A stretch of DNA of 64,000 bases from Flavobacteriales bacterium (GCA_035325445.1 DAOKZW010000011.1:39815-103814); one strand, 5' to 3'. Shown: positions 55,657 through 63,982, counted from the stretch's first letter. Program-made: numbers and translations. The notes: generated by a model from the letters alone, not told the origin.

Positions 55657-57099
55657 TCACCACACCACCTTCGCCGCAACGCGTTGTCCGCCCTGTTGCA
55701 GGCTGATCAGGTGCAGACCGGGCGCCAGGTCCACCTTTATCCGGACTGGGCCGCCCCCGACGCTGACTTGGGCCTGGTGCACCAGCTGCCCGGCGCCGTT
55801 GTGGATCAACAGGTGGGCTTTACCGGACGTGTGGAAGGGATCTGCAAGCACCAGCTCGCCGTTTGCGTGATCCACGATGACGTTCCATACGTTGGCCGGA
55901 TCCTGTTCCAAGATCCCCGTGACCCCTTGCTTCAGCCGGACCAACTGCCGGTATTGCATTTCGGTATCGATGAATCCGAAGCGCCCGCCCACCAGGATCT
56001 TGCCGTCATTCTGCACGGCAATGCTGCGCACGAAGGCTGTGTTGTCGGGGTCTGTCGGCAAGATGCCTTGGCCCAGGCCGAAACCGTCATCGCGGCTACC
56101 GTTTGCCTGAAGCATGGTCAGGCGGTTCGGGCCGCCCACATTGGGGCTGTACATGGTGGAGGTGTATTCGCCGCCTGCCATGATGTGCCCATCGGGCAGC
56201 ACGTTCACCGCCCGCACCGATGCATAAGGGTAGAACGGTGAGGCGAATCCGGCGTCCCGCGTGCCGTCCAGGTTAAGCCGAATGAGGCCGTTCGCGGGTT
56301 GGCCGTCATGGTAGTTGAAGCTGCCCGCCACCAACAGTTTGCCATCGGGTTGCATGGCCAAGGCCCGGGCCGGGCCGCCGACGAGGCCGGGGTCGTTGTC
56401 CATGGAAGGATCATACGGTCCAGCGGAACTGAGCAAGGCCACACGGCCGCACATGTTGCCATTGTACTGGGTGAACTTGCCGGCGCAGAGGATGCTTTCG
56501 TCCGGCAGGATGTGCAGGTCGTACACCGCATCGTTGAAGCCGGTGCCGATATCAAAGTCCAGGTCCAGCGAGCCGTCTTCGTTGAAACGGGTGATGTAGG
56601 GCTGGCTGTGCCCGTAGCAGATGAAGAAATCACCGGCGGCGACCACCTTGTTGTCCTTGTGCAGCGCCACAGCGTTCACGGCGTTGTTGATGGAATTGGG
56701 CGGGATGTTGAAGCTGGCATCGCGCAGGCCGTTGGGCAATAGCCGGGCTACGAAGTACACCGGGCTGCCGTTGTAGGTCACGAAATTCCCGGCGATGAGG
56801 ATGCGCCCGTCGGGCATCAGGTCGATGTCCGATACCAGATGGTTCGGGCCGATACCCCCGGGATTCCATGCGGGATCCACGGTGCCGTCGCTGTTCAGCC
56901 GGACCAGGTTCTGCTTGCCGCTTCCCGCATAGTTGGTGAAGGATCCGCCCACGAGGATCTTCCCGTCTGGCTGCACCACCACCTTGTTGACCAGGCTGCT
57001 GGGCGGGACCGCGAGGAAGTCGTAGTCGATGATGGGAAGCTGTTGGGCCTGAACGAGTGTGGCGAGGGCCAGTGTGGCCGGGAGTAGGAGGGGGCGCAT
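55657..57099 (-). CDS. Delta-60-repeat protein with T9SS C-terminal sorting domain
   Basis: Signal peptide (MRPLLLPATLALATLVQAQ). Repeated blocks of the form QPDGKILVGGSFTNY...LVRLNSDGTxDxxF. T9SS-like tail (...GLHLISLQQGGQRVAAKVVW). Start trimmed to ATG at 57099. Confidence 0.75.
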   Translation of the reverse strand: MRPLLLPATLALATLVQAQQLPIIDYDFLAVPPSSLVNKVVVQPDGKILVGGSFTNYAGSGKQNLVRLNSDGTVDPAWNPGGIGPNHLVSDIDLMPDGRILIAGNFVTYNGSPVYFVARLLPNGLRDASFNIPPNSINNAVNAVALHKDNKVVAAGDFFICYGHSQPYITRFNEDGSLDLDFDIGTGFNDAVYDLHILPDESILCAGKFTQYNGNMCGRVALLSSAGPYDPSMDNDPGLVGGPARALAMQPDGKLLVAGSFNYHDGQPANGLIRLNLDGTRDAGFASPFYPYASVRAVNVLPDGHIMAGGEYTSTMYSPNVGGPNRLTMLQANGSRDDGFGLGQGILPTDPDNTAFVRSIAVQNDGKILVGGRFGFIDTEMQYRQLVRLKQGVTGILEQDPANVWNVIVDHANGELVLADPFHTSGKAHLLIHNGAGQLVHQAQVSVGGGPVRIKVDLAPGLHLISLQQGGQRVAAKVVW

Positions 57100-57160
57100 G
57101 GTTGGGGGGAAGACGGGGGAGAGGGGAGCGGGGTTGCTTATTGGTGGATAGTTGACAGTA

Positions 57161-57345
57161 GGCAGGAGGCAGGAGGCAGTGGGCAGTGGGCAGTCCGCCT
57201 TCGCAGGGCTACGGCGGGACGCAGTGGGCAGAAGGCAGAAGGCAGTGGCAGTGGCAGTGGGCAGTGGGCAGTGGCAGTGGGCAGTGGGCAGTGGCAGTGG
57301 CAGTGGGCAGGAGGCAGTCCGCCTTCGCCAAGGCTTCGGCGAGAC
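57161..57345. repeat. Composite GGCAG-seeded 6/7-nt tandem array with two copies of a 32/33-nt core
   Basis: About 19 units (GGCAGGA, GGCAGTG, GGCAGAA, GGCAGT). They are interrupted at 57189-57220 and terminated at 57313-57345 by GGCAGTCCGCCTTCGC(A/C)..GGCT.CGGCG.GAC. The 20-bp block GGCAGTGGCAGTGGGCAGTG occurs twice in tandem (57247-57286). Confidence 0.95.
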
Positions 57346-57428
57346 GAGAGGGGACGAACCCAACAATGTACCCTGCCAATTGTTGCCTGTGCAAGGAGGG
57401 GTTCCAGGCAGGCCTTGTAACCTGGGCC

Positions 57429-57436
57429 TAACTTTG
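57429..57436 (+). promoter_or_regulatory. Candidate -7 box (TAACTTTG) for queD-folE
   Basis: Exact TAnnTTTG match ending 17 nt upstream of the queD ATG. The nearest TTG (57415-57417) is too close to serve as a canonical -33 element. Confidence 0.35.
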
Positions 57437-57453
57437 CGTATCTAATCCGTTGC

Positions 57454-57873
57454 ATGGCTACAGTCCACATCACACGCAGGGAGCGTTTCAGCGCGGCGCA
57501 CCGTTTGGGGCATCCGGAATGGAGCGCTGAAAGGAACCTCGAAACTTTTGGGAAGTGTTCGAACCCGAACTGGCATGGCCACAACTACGAGCTGTGGGTG
57601 ACGGTGAAGGGGGAAACGGACCCGGAGACGGGCTTTGTGATCAACCTGTCGGCGCTGAGCCGGATCATGCACGAGCATGTGATCGACCTGGTGGACCACA
57701 AGAACCTGGACATGGACGTGCCTTTCATGAAAGGGCTGAACAGCACCACGGAGAACCTGGCCGTGGCGATCTGGAAGCAACTGGAGAAGCCGGTGGCGGC
57801 GATCGGTGGGCGGCTGCACCGGGTGAAGATCCAGGAAACGGAGAACAACAGCGTCGAGTATTTCGGCGAATAG
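57454..57873 (+). CDS. queD: 6-carboxytetrahydropterin / 6-pyruvoyl-tetrahydropterin synthase
   Basis: FSAAHRL...[20 protein letters not shown]...[11 protein letters not shown]...[12 protein letters not shown]. Confidence 0.88.
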   Translation: MATVHITRRERFSAAHRLGHPEWSAERNLETFGKCSNPNWHGHNYELWVTVKGETDPETGFVINLSALSRIMHEHVIDLVDHKNLDMDVPFMKGLNSTTENLAVAIWKQLEKPVAAIGGRLHRVKIQETENNSVEYFGE

Positions 57874-57881
57874 CAACAACG

Positions 57882-58556
57882 ATGAAAGAGAATTTGAAAT
57901 CGCCCGCCGTGCACAGCCGGCTGGCCTCGGACGAGGTGGACATCCAGGCACCGATGGACGGCTACCAGCGGATCGACAAGTTCGACCCCAAGGCCATTGA
58001 GCGGCTGAGCGCCCACTACCTGGAAGTGCTGAAGGAGATCGGTGAAAACCCGGAACGGGAAGGCCTGGTAAAGACGCCCGAGCGGGTGGCCAAAAGCATG
58101 CAGTTCCTGACGCACGGCTACGAGGTGGACCCGGCGCAAATCCTGAAGAGCGCCATGTTCAAGGAGGAATACAGCCAGATGGTGCTGGTGAAGGATATCG
58201 AGCTGTACAGCATGTGCGAGCACCACATGCTGCCGTTCTTCGGAAAGGCGCACGTGGCGTACATACCGGACGGACATATTGTCGGGTTGAGCAAGATCCC
58301 GCGGGTGGTGGACGCTTTTGCACGGCGTTTGCAGGTGCAGGAGCGCCTGACGAACGAGATCCGCGATTGCATACAAGAAACTTTAAGACCCTTGGGCGTG
58401 GCGGTGGTGATCGAGGCATCGCATCTTTGCATGCAGATGCGCGGCATCCAAAAGCAAAACAGCGTGACCACCACTTCCGCCTTCACGGGCATCTTCCTCA
58501 AAGACCACCGCACGCGGGAGGAGTTCATCAAGCTGGTCGCTTCCAAACTTCATTGA
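57882..58556 (+). CDS. folE: GTP cyclohydrolase I
   Basis: [58 protein letters not shown] and HLCMQMRGI. Start trimmed to ATG at 57882. Confidence 0.95.
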   Translation: MKENLKSPAVHSRLASDEVDIQAPMDGYQRIDKFDPKAIERLSAHYLEVLKEIGENPEREGLVKTPERVAKSMQFLTHGYEVDPAQILKSAMFKEEYSQMVLVKDIELYSMCEHHMLPFFGKAHVAYIPDGHIVGLSKIPRVVDAFARRLQVQERLTNEIRDCIQETLRPLGVAVVIEASHLCMQMRGIQKQNSVTTTSAFTGIFLKDHRTREEFIKLVASKLH

Positions 58557-58583
58557 CAAACCAAGAGAACCCCGACGATACGC

Positions 58584-59330
58584 ATGTTCCGCAGTTCCCT
58601 TTCCAACCTGACCGAAGGACAATCCCTTGAGCAGGCCGCCCTGGTGGCCAACCCGGATGATGTCCGTGCCTTCCTAGGCAAGGTGTTCACCTACATGACC
58701 ATGGCGCTGGTGATCAGCGGTGGCGTGGCCTACTGGTTCGGCCACGACATGAGCCTGATCGGCCGCTTGATAAACTTCGAGACGGGCGGCATGTCCATCC
58801 TGGGCTGGGTGGTGATGCTGGCCCCGCTGGGCCTGGTGCTGCTGATGGGCACCATGATCAACCGTCTGAGCGGCCCGATGCTGCTCACGGTCTTCGTGGT
58901 CTATTCGGCGCTGACGGGCGCCAGCCTGTCGTTCATCTTCCTGGCCTACACGGCCACGTCGATCGCCACGATGTTCTTCGTTACTGCCGCGGTATTCGGC
59001 CTGATGGCGGTGGCGGGCTACACCACCAAGACAGACCTGACGAAGCTGGGCAGCATCCTGTTCATCGGCCTCATCGGGATCATCATCGCCATGGTGGTGA
59101 ACATGTTCATGAAGAGCGACACGATGAGTTACGTGATCAGTGTGATCAGCGTGATCATCTTCACCGGGCTGACGGCCTATGACATGCAGCGCCTGAAGCA
59201 CTTGGGCGGCACGGTGATCAGCGGCACCGAGATGGCCCAGAAGATGGCCCTGATGGGTGCCCTGAGCCTCTACCTGGATTTCCTAAATCTGTTCCTGGCG
59301 CTGCTACGCCTGTTCGGGAAGCGGGATTGA
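58584..59330 (+). CDS. Bax inhibitor-1/YccA family membrane protein
   Basis: Seven hydrophobic segments, with a family-typical FLGKVFTYMTMALVISG N-terminus and ALSLYLDFLNLFLALLRLFG C-terminus. Confidence 0.85.
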   Translation: MFRSSLSNLTEGQSLEQAALVANPDDVRAFLGKVFTYMTMALVISGGVAYWFGHDMSLIGRLINFETGGMSILGWVVMLAPLGLVLLMGTMINRLSGPMLLTVFVVYSALTGASLSFIFLAYTATSIATMFFVTAAVFGLMAVAGYTTKTDLTKLGSILFIGLIGIIIAMVVNMFMKSDTMSYVISVISVIIFTGLTAYDMQRLKHLGGTVISGTEMAQKMALMGALSLYLDFLNLFLALLRLFGKRD

Positions 59331-59345
59331 TGGGATCAAGATTTT

Positions 59346-59381
59346 GCAAAGGGCGGGGAGGCTGGGCTTTCCCGCCCTTGC
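59346..59381 (+). terminator. Hairpin downstream of the YccA-like gene (possible terminator)
   Basis: GCAAAGGGCGGG-N13-CCCGCCCTTGC, about 11 bp with one bulge. There is no clear downstream T run. Confidence 0.4.
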
Positions 59382-59390
59382 TCATTGCAC

Positions 59391-59544
59391 CACGGCCCGA
59401 TGCATATCGGGTGCTCGCGTGGGATTGAGGGCTGGGAACCACGGCCCGGTACATATCGGGCCACACGAATGGCCACGGAAGGGAAGACTTTCCATCGGAT
59501 CACGGTATGTCATCCTGTCCGCCCGATCCTTATCGGGCCTGTCC
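59391..59544. repeat. Three dispersed copies of a small hairpin (GCCCGAT-N4-ATCGGGC)
   Basis: CCCGAT-GCAT-ATCGGG (59396-59411), GGCCCGGT-ACAT-ATCGGGCC (59443-59462) and GCCCGAT-CCTT-ATCGGGC (59521-59538). The first two are both preceded by CCACGG. Confidence 0.85.
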
Positions 59545-59624
59545 ATCCTGTCCATCCTGTCCATCCTGTCCATCCTGTCCATCCTGTCCATCCTGTCAAT
59601 CCCGTCAATCCCGTAAATCCCGCC
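59511..59624. repeat. Nonanucleotide tandem array interrupted by a hairpin
   Basis: One CATCCTGTC unit at 59511-59519, then the third hairpin, then six perfect CATCCTGTC units (59544-59597). The array ends in degenerate AATCCCGTC, AATCCCGTA and AATCCCGCC. Confidence 0.95.
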
Positions 59625-59745
59625 CAAACGGACATCCTCATCTCACATTCAAGCAATCGTGTCACCCGGCTTCCAAGGTGTAGCTTAGCGGGTCCTTCCG
59701 TCGGCTGAGCTATTTTTCGGCCGGACCTGTTCCATACCCCATACC

Positions 59746-60621
59746 ATGAACGCATACGTTTTTCCCGGTCAAGGCAGCCAGTTTCCCGGCATGGGCAAGG
59801 AGCTGTACGAGACCGACAGCAATGCCCGCGTGTTCTTTGAGCATGCCAACAACATCCTTGGGTTCAACATCACGGATGTGATGTTCACCGGCAGCGAGGA
59901 AGACCTGAAACAGACCAAGGTGACCCAGCCGGCCATCTTCCTGCACAGCGTGATCAAGGCCAAGACCATGGGCGATGCCTTCCAACCGGACATGGTGGCG
60001 GGGCACTCCCTGGGCGAGTTCAGCGCCTTGGTGGCGGCCGGTGCCATGGAGTTCAGCGATGGGCTCAAACTGGTGGCCGCCCGCGCCAACGCCATGCAGA
60101 AGGCGTGCGAGGCCCAGCCGGGCACCATGGCCGCCATCCTGGGCATGGAGGATGAGAAGGTGGAGGAGATCTGCGCCACCATTGACGGTGTGGTGGTGCC
60201 GGCCAACTACAACTGCCCGGGCCAGCTGGTGATCAGCGGCACGTTGGAGGCCGTGAACGCGGCCTGTGAGGCCCTGAAGGCCGCCGGTGCCAAGCGGGCG
60301 CTGCTGCTGCCCGTGGGCGGTGCCTTCCACAGCCCCTTGATGGAGCCGGCCCGCGCAGAATTGGCCACGGCCATCGCCTTTACGCCCATCCACGACCCGC
60401 GCTGCCCCATTTACCAGAACGTGGATGCCTTGGGCCGCAAGGACCCGGCCCGCATCAAGGCCAACCTGATCGCCCAGCTGACGGCCCCCGTGCGCTGGAC
60501 GCAGACCATGCGCAACATGTTGGCAGACGGTGCCTCCAATATCGTGGAATGCGGGCCCGGCAATGTGCTGCAGGGGCTGTTCCGGAAGGTGAGCCGGGAG
60601 GTGGCGACGAGTGCAGCGTAG
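59746..60621 (+). CDS. fabD: Malonyl CoA-ACP transacylase
   Basis: FPGQGSQFPGMG, VAGHSLGEFSALVAAG and GAFHSPLM. Confidence 0.95.
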   Translation: MNAYVFPGQGSQFPGMGKELYETDSNARVFFEHANNILGFNITDVMFTGSEEDLKQTKVTQPAIFLHSVIKAKTMGDAFQPDMVAGHSLGEFSALVAAGAMEFSDGLKLVAARANAMQKACEAQPGTMAAILGMEDEKVEEICATIDGVVVPANYNCPGQLVISGTLEAVNAACEALKAAGAKRALLLPVGGAFHSPLMEPARAELATAIAFTPIHDPRCPIYQNVDALGRKDPARIKANLIAQLTAPVRWTQTMRNMLADGASNIVECGPGNVLQGLFRKVSREVATSAA

Positions 60622-60660
60622 GGGCTGTGAGCGTTGTATTTGTGACTATTGGCCAAGTTC

Positions 60661-60703
60661 GAACCCTGCAATTCTGAGATCTAATTTCAGAATTGCAGGG
60701 TTC
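60661..60703. terminator. 17-bp perfect inverted repeat between convergent genes (possible bidirectional terminator)
   Basis: GAACCCTGCAATTCTGA (60661-60677) pairs with TCAGAATTGCAGGGTTC (60687-60703), leaving a 9-nt loop. No U tract lies on either side. Confidence 0.5.
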
Positions 60704-60726
60704 CTGCCTGATCACCGGGGTCTATC

Positions 60727-61476
60727 CTAAAGCGTCGGGTTCAACAGCTTCCCGCTTTCCACCACCTTGTGCAAGTAAGGCTCGGTGCGGGTGGCCTCCA
60801 TGGCCGCAATGTGCTTCATGCTGTGGCAATCGCTGCCCACCAGCTCGTACCAGCCCTTGTCCACGATGCGCTCGGCGGCCTTTTGGGTGGATGGCCCGTA
60901 GGCCCCGCCCAAGGCGATGATGTTCAGCTGGAAAAGCACGTTGCGGTCCTTGAGCTGCTCCATGGTGTCCATGTTCACATGCCAATACTGGTAGCGCTCG
61001 GGGTGGGCCAGCACCGGTGTGTAGCCTTGCGTCTGCATCTCGAACACCATGTTCATCAGCACATTGGGCTCGCTGATGAACGGCAGCTCGAAAAGCACCA
61101 TGTCGTGGCCGATGGTCAGCACTTTCTGGGCGGCCACCTTCTCTTGCAAGGCATGGTCCAGGTAGTACTCGGCGGCCGCGTCTACCTCCATGGGCAACTT
61201 GGCCTCCTGCACCGCCCGGCGCAGCTTCTCCAGTCCGCCCAGGATCACTTCCGGCGGGTTCTTGTAGCCGTCCGCCATGCTGTGCGGCGTGGTGATCACC
61301 TTGCGGTAGCCCAGGTCGTACATGGCTTGCAGCAGTTCCATGCTGGCTGCCAGGTCCGGCGCGCCATCATCAATGCCGGGGATGAAGTGTGAATGGACAT
61401 CACACTTCAGCACGCCGTAGTCCAGCGGCGGTACCGCTTGCCTCTTTTTGCCGAAAAGGTTGCTGAACAATCCCAT
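60727..61476 (-). CDS. CpsB/CapC-type PHP-domain tyrosine-protein phosphatase
   Basis: DVHSHFIPGIDDGA, VITTPH and LAHPERY. Start trimmed to ATG at 61476, with a TAATG junction to rfbB. Confidence 0.8.
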   Translation of the reverse strand: MGLFSNLFGKKRQAVPPLDYGVLKCDVHSHFIPGIDDGAPDLAASMELLQAMYDLGYRKVITTPHSMADGYKNPPEVILGGLEKLRRAVQEAKLPMEVDAAAEYYLDHALQEKVAAQKVLTIGHDMVLFELPFISEPNVLMNMVFEMQTQGYTPVLAHPERYQYWHVNMDTMEQLKDRNVLFQLNIIALGGAYGPSTQKAAERIVDKGWYELVGSDCHSMKHIAAMEATRTEPYLHKVVESGKLLNPTL

Positions 61477-62534
61477 TAGCGGTCGCCGTACTGCGCTGCG
61501 TAATACTCGCGGTAGGCGCCGGAAGTAACGTCCTGCAGCCATCCGTCATTCGCAAGGTACCAATCCACGGTCTGCTCCAGGCCCCGCTCAAAGGTGATGC
61601 TCGGCTTCCAGCCCAGTTCCCGCTCGATCTTGCCCGCGTCGATGGCGTAGCGCAGGTCGTGGCCGGCCCGGTCGGTGACATAGGTGATCAGCTTGGCACT
61701 TTCACCCTCGGCACGCCCCAGCTTGCGGTCCATGATGGAGCAGAGCAGGTGTACCAGGTCGATGTTCTTCCATTCGTTGTGGCCACCGATGTTGTACGTC
61801 TCGCCGTCCACGCCTTTGTGGAAGATGAGATCGATGGCGACGGCATGGTCCTCGACCCAGAGCCAGTCACGCACATTCTCACCCTTGCCATAGACCGGCA
61901 GTGGCTTGCTCTGTCGGATGTTGTTGATCATCAGTGGGATTAACTTTTCCGGGAACTGGTGGCTGCCGTAGTTGTTGCTGCAGTTGCTCACCACATAGGG
62001 GAGCTTGTAGGTATTGCCGTATGCCCGCACGAAGTGGTCGCTGGCGGCCTTGCTGGCGCTGTAGGGGCTTTGCGGGTCGTAGGAGGTGGTCTCCAGGAAG
62101 AATCCGCCATCGTGCAGCGAGCCGTACACTTCATCGGTGCTGACGTGGTAGAACCGTTTGCCTTGGGGATCATCCTTCCACAGTTCCCTTGCCGCGTTCA
62201 GCAGGTTCACCGTGCCGGTGACATTCGTTTCCACGAAGGCCATGGGATCGCTGATGCTTCGGTCCACATGGCTCTCGGCAGCAAGGTGGATCACTCCGGC
62301 GGGTTTGTGCTCCGCGAAGATCCGGCGCATGGCTTCCGCATCGCGGATGTCGGCCTTCACGAACTGGTAGTTCGGTTCACCCTCCACATCGGCCAAGTTC
62401 TTCAGGTTGCCGGCATAGGTGAGTGCGTCGAGGTTGACGATGCGGTAGTGGGGGTACTTCCTGACGAAGCGCCGCACCACGTGGCTTCCGATAAATCCGG
62501 CGCCGCCGGTGATCAGGATGGTCTTGCGGTCCAT
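61476..62534 (-). CDS. rfbB: dTDP-glucose 4,6-dehydratase
   Basis: ILITGGAGFIGSH, LDALTYAGN, STDEVYG and YSASKAASDH. Start trimmed to ATG at 62534; an upstream ATG at 62654 is less likely. Confidence 0.92.
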   Translation of the reverse strand: MDRKTILITGGAGFIGSHVVRRFVRKYPHYRIVNLDALTYAGNLKNLADVEGEPNYQFVKADIRDAEAMRRIFAEHKPAGVIHLAAESHVDRSISDPMAFVETNVTGTVNLLNAARELWKDDPQGKRFYHVSTDEVYGSLHDGGFFLETTSYDPQSPYSASKAASDHFVRAYGNTYKLPYVVSNCSNNYGSHQFPEKLIPLMINNIRQSKPLPVYGKGENVRDWLWVEDHAVAIDLIFHKGVDGETYNIGGHNEWKNIDLVHLLCSIMDRKLGRAEGESAKLITYVTDRAGHDLRYAIDAGKIERELGWKPSITFERGLEQTVDWYLANDGWLQDVTSGAYREYYAAQYGDR

Positions 62535-62659
62535 GTGCTGGGCTTGCCGGTCTTCCCGGGGTCGTTCTTCCTTTCCTTTCAGATTGAACGGGTGGATGCG
62601 CTGGCCGGCCCTCTCTTCCGGGTTCTCCTTCGGGATGAAGGTCTCGAAGGCCATCCGGT

Positions 62660-63982
62660 TCAAAGGCTCCAGTAGGCCAGTTCGTTGATCCGCTTGCGGT
62701 AGGTGCCCTTCAGGTCCACCAGAATTCCTTCCGGCTTGAGGTGCTCCTTGAACCAAGCCTCATCCAGGTCGGCGTAATCGCGGTGGTTCACGGCCACGAT
62801 GATGGCATCATAGGGGCCTTGGATGTCCGTGGCCAAGGAATAGCCGTATTCATGCTCCACCTCGTGGCTGTCGGCATGCGGATCGGTCACGTCCACATAC
62901 ACGCTGTAGCTGCGCAGTTCCCGCACGATATCGGCCACCTTGCTGTTGCGGATATCGGTGACGTTCTCCTTGAAGGTGGCGCCCATGATGAGCACCCGTG
63001 CCTTGGCGGGGTTGGTACCCGATGAGATGACCTTCTTCACGGTCTGCTTGGCCACGTAGCCACCCATGCTGTCGTTCACGAAACGACCGGCGTCGATGAT
63101 CTGCGGGTGGTAGCCCTTCTCCATGGCCTTGTGTACCAGGTAGTAGGGGTCTACGCCGATGCAGTGGCCGCCCACCAGGCCGGGCTGGAACTTGAGGAAG
63201 TTCCACTTCGTTCCCGCCGCTTCCAGCACGTCGTAGGTGTTGATGCCCATCCGGTTGAAGATGATGGACAGTTCGTTGGTGAGTGCAATGTTGACGTCGC
63301 GCTGGGTATTCTCGATCACCTTGGCGGCCTCGGCCACCTTGATGCTGCTGGCCCGGTGTACGCCGGCCTTGACGACCAGCTCATACACCTTGGCCACGGT
63401 CTCGGCGGTTTCCGGGTCGCAGCCGCTGGTGATCTTCACCACGTTCTCCAAGGTGTGGTTCTTGTCGCCGGGGTTGATCCGCTCGGGGCTGTACCCCACC
63501 TTGAAGTCCGTCATGTACTTCAGCCCGCTGATATCCTCCAGGACGGGTACGCAGTCCTCTTCCGTGCAGCCCGGATAAACGGTGCTTTCGAACACCACGT
63601 GGTCGTTTTTCTTCAAGGCCAGGCCCACCGTGCGCGAAGCGCTCAGCAGGGGGCGGAGGTCAGGGATGTTCTGTTCATCGATGGGCGTGGGCACGGCCAC
63701 GATGAAGAACTCCACATCCTTCAGGTCATTGATGTCGGCGGTGAAATGGATGTCCGCACCTTCGAAATCCGAGGCCTCCAACTCATTGCTGGGGTCCTCA
63801 TTGCGGCGCATCATCTCCACCCGCTTGCGGTTGATGTCGAATCCCACCACCTTGATCTTCCGTGCGAAGGCCAAGGCAATGGGGAGCCCCACATAGCCGA
63901 GTCCGATCACGGCCAACTTGGCCTCCTTTTTCACCAGGCGCTCATAAAGGTCGCTCATCCCTCTTTTGGTAAATGCGTTCAA
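62660..63982 (-). CDS. UDP-sugar 6-dehydrogenase (TviB/WbpO/VipA-like nucleotide-sugar dehydrogenase)
   Basis: LAVIGLGYVGLPIALAFA (NAD fold) and LVGGHCIGVDPYYL (catalytic Cys). The start is ATG at 63982 or the internal ATG at 63958. Confidence 0.88.
   Translation of the reverse strand: MNAFTKRGMSDLYERLVKKEAKLAVIGLGYVGLPIALAFARKIKVVGFDINRKRVEMMRRNEDPSNELEASDFEGADIHFTADINDLKDVEFFIVAVPTPIDEQNIPDLRPLLSASRTVGLALKKNDHVVFESTVYPGCTEEDCVPVLEDISGLKYMTDFKVGYSPERINPGDKNHTLENVVKITSGCDPETAETVAKVYELVVKAGVHRASSIKVAEAAKVIENTQRDVNIALTNELSIIFNRMGINTYDVLEAAGTKWNFLKFQPGLVGGHCIGVDPYYLVHKAMEKGYHPQIIDAGRFVNDSMGGYVAKQTVKKVISSGTNPAKARVLIMGATFKENVTDIRNSKVADIVRELRSYSVYVDVTDPHADSHEVEHEYGYSLATDIQGPYDAIIVAVNHRDYADLDEAWFKEHLKPEGILVDLKGTYRKRINELAYWSL

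Noticed and set aside
55657-57366. N-terminal extension of the delta-60 protein ORF through the GGCAG repeat block (the 569-aa version).
   Set aside because: The extension translates the repeat (PLPLPLPTAHCHCPLPTATATA...). A canonical signal peptide starts at the internal ATG at 57099. I trimmed the upstream extensions of murC, ftsW, murE, ftsI, the serA-like gene and others for the same reason.
57346-57453. A preQ1 riboswitch upstream of queD.
   Set aside because: I found no P1 stem plus A-rich tail arrangement resembling preQ1-I, II or III. The region is better explained by a promoter with a TAACTTTG box.
40784-59624. The possibility that the tandem arrays are CRISPR arrays.
   Set aside because: The units are 6-9 nt and directly abutting, with no spacers. 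There is no repeat of CRISPR length (about 24-48 nt) and no cas genes in the window.
59344-59755. ORFs of 81-107 aa across the yccA-like/fabD spacer (DRMDRM..., HPVHPV..., ILSILS...).
   Set aside because: These are translations of the nonamer array and hairpins in several frames on both strands. None has coding-like composition outside the repeats.
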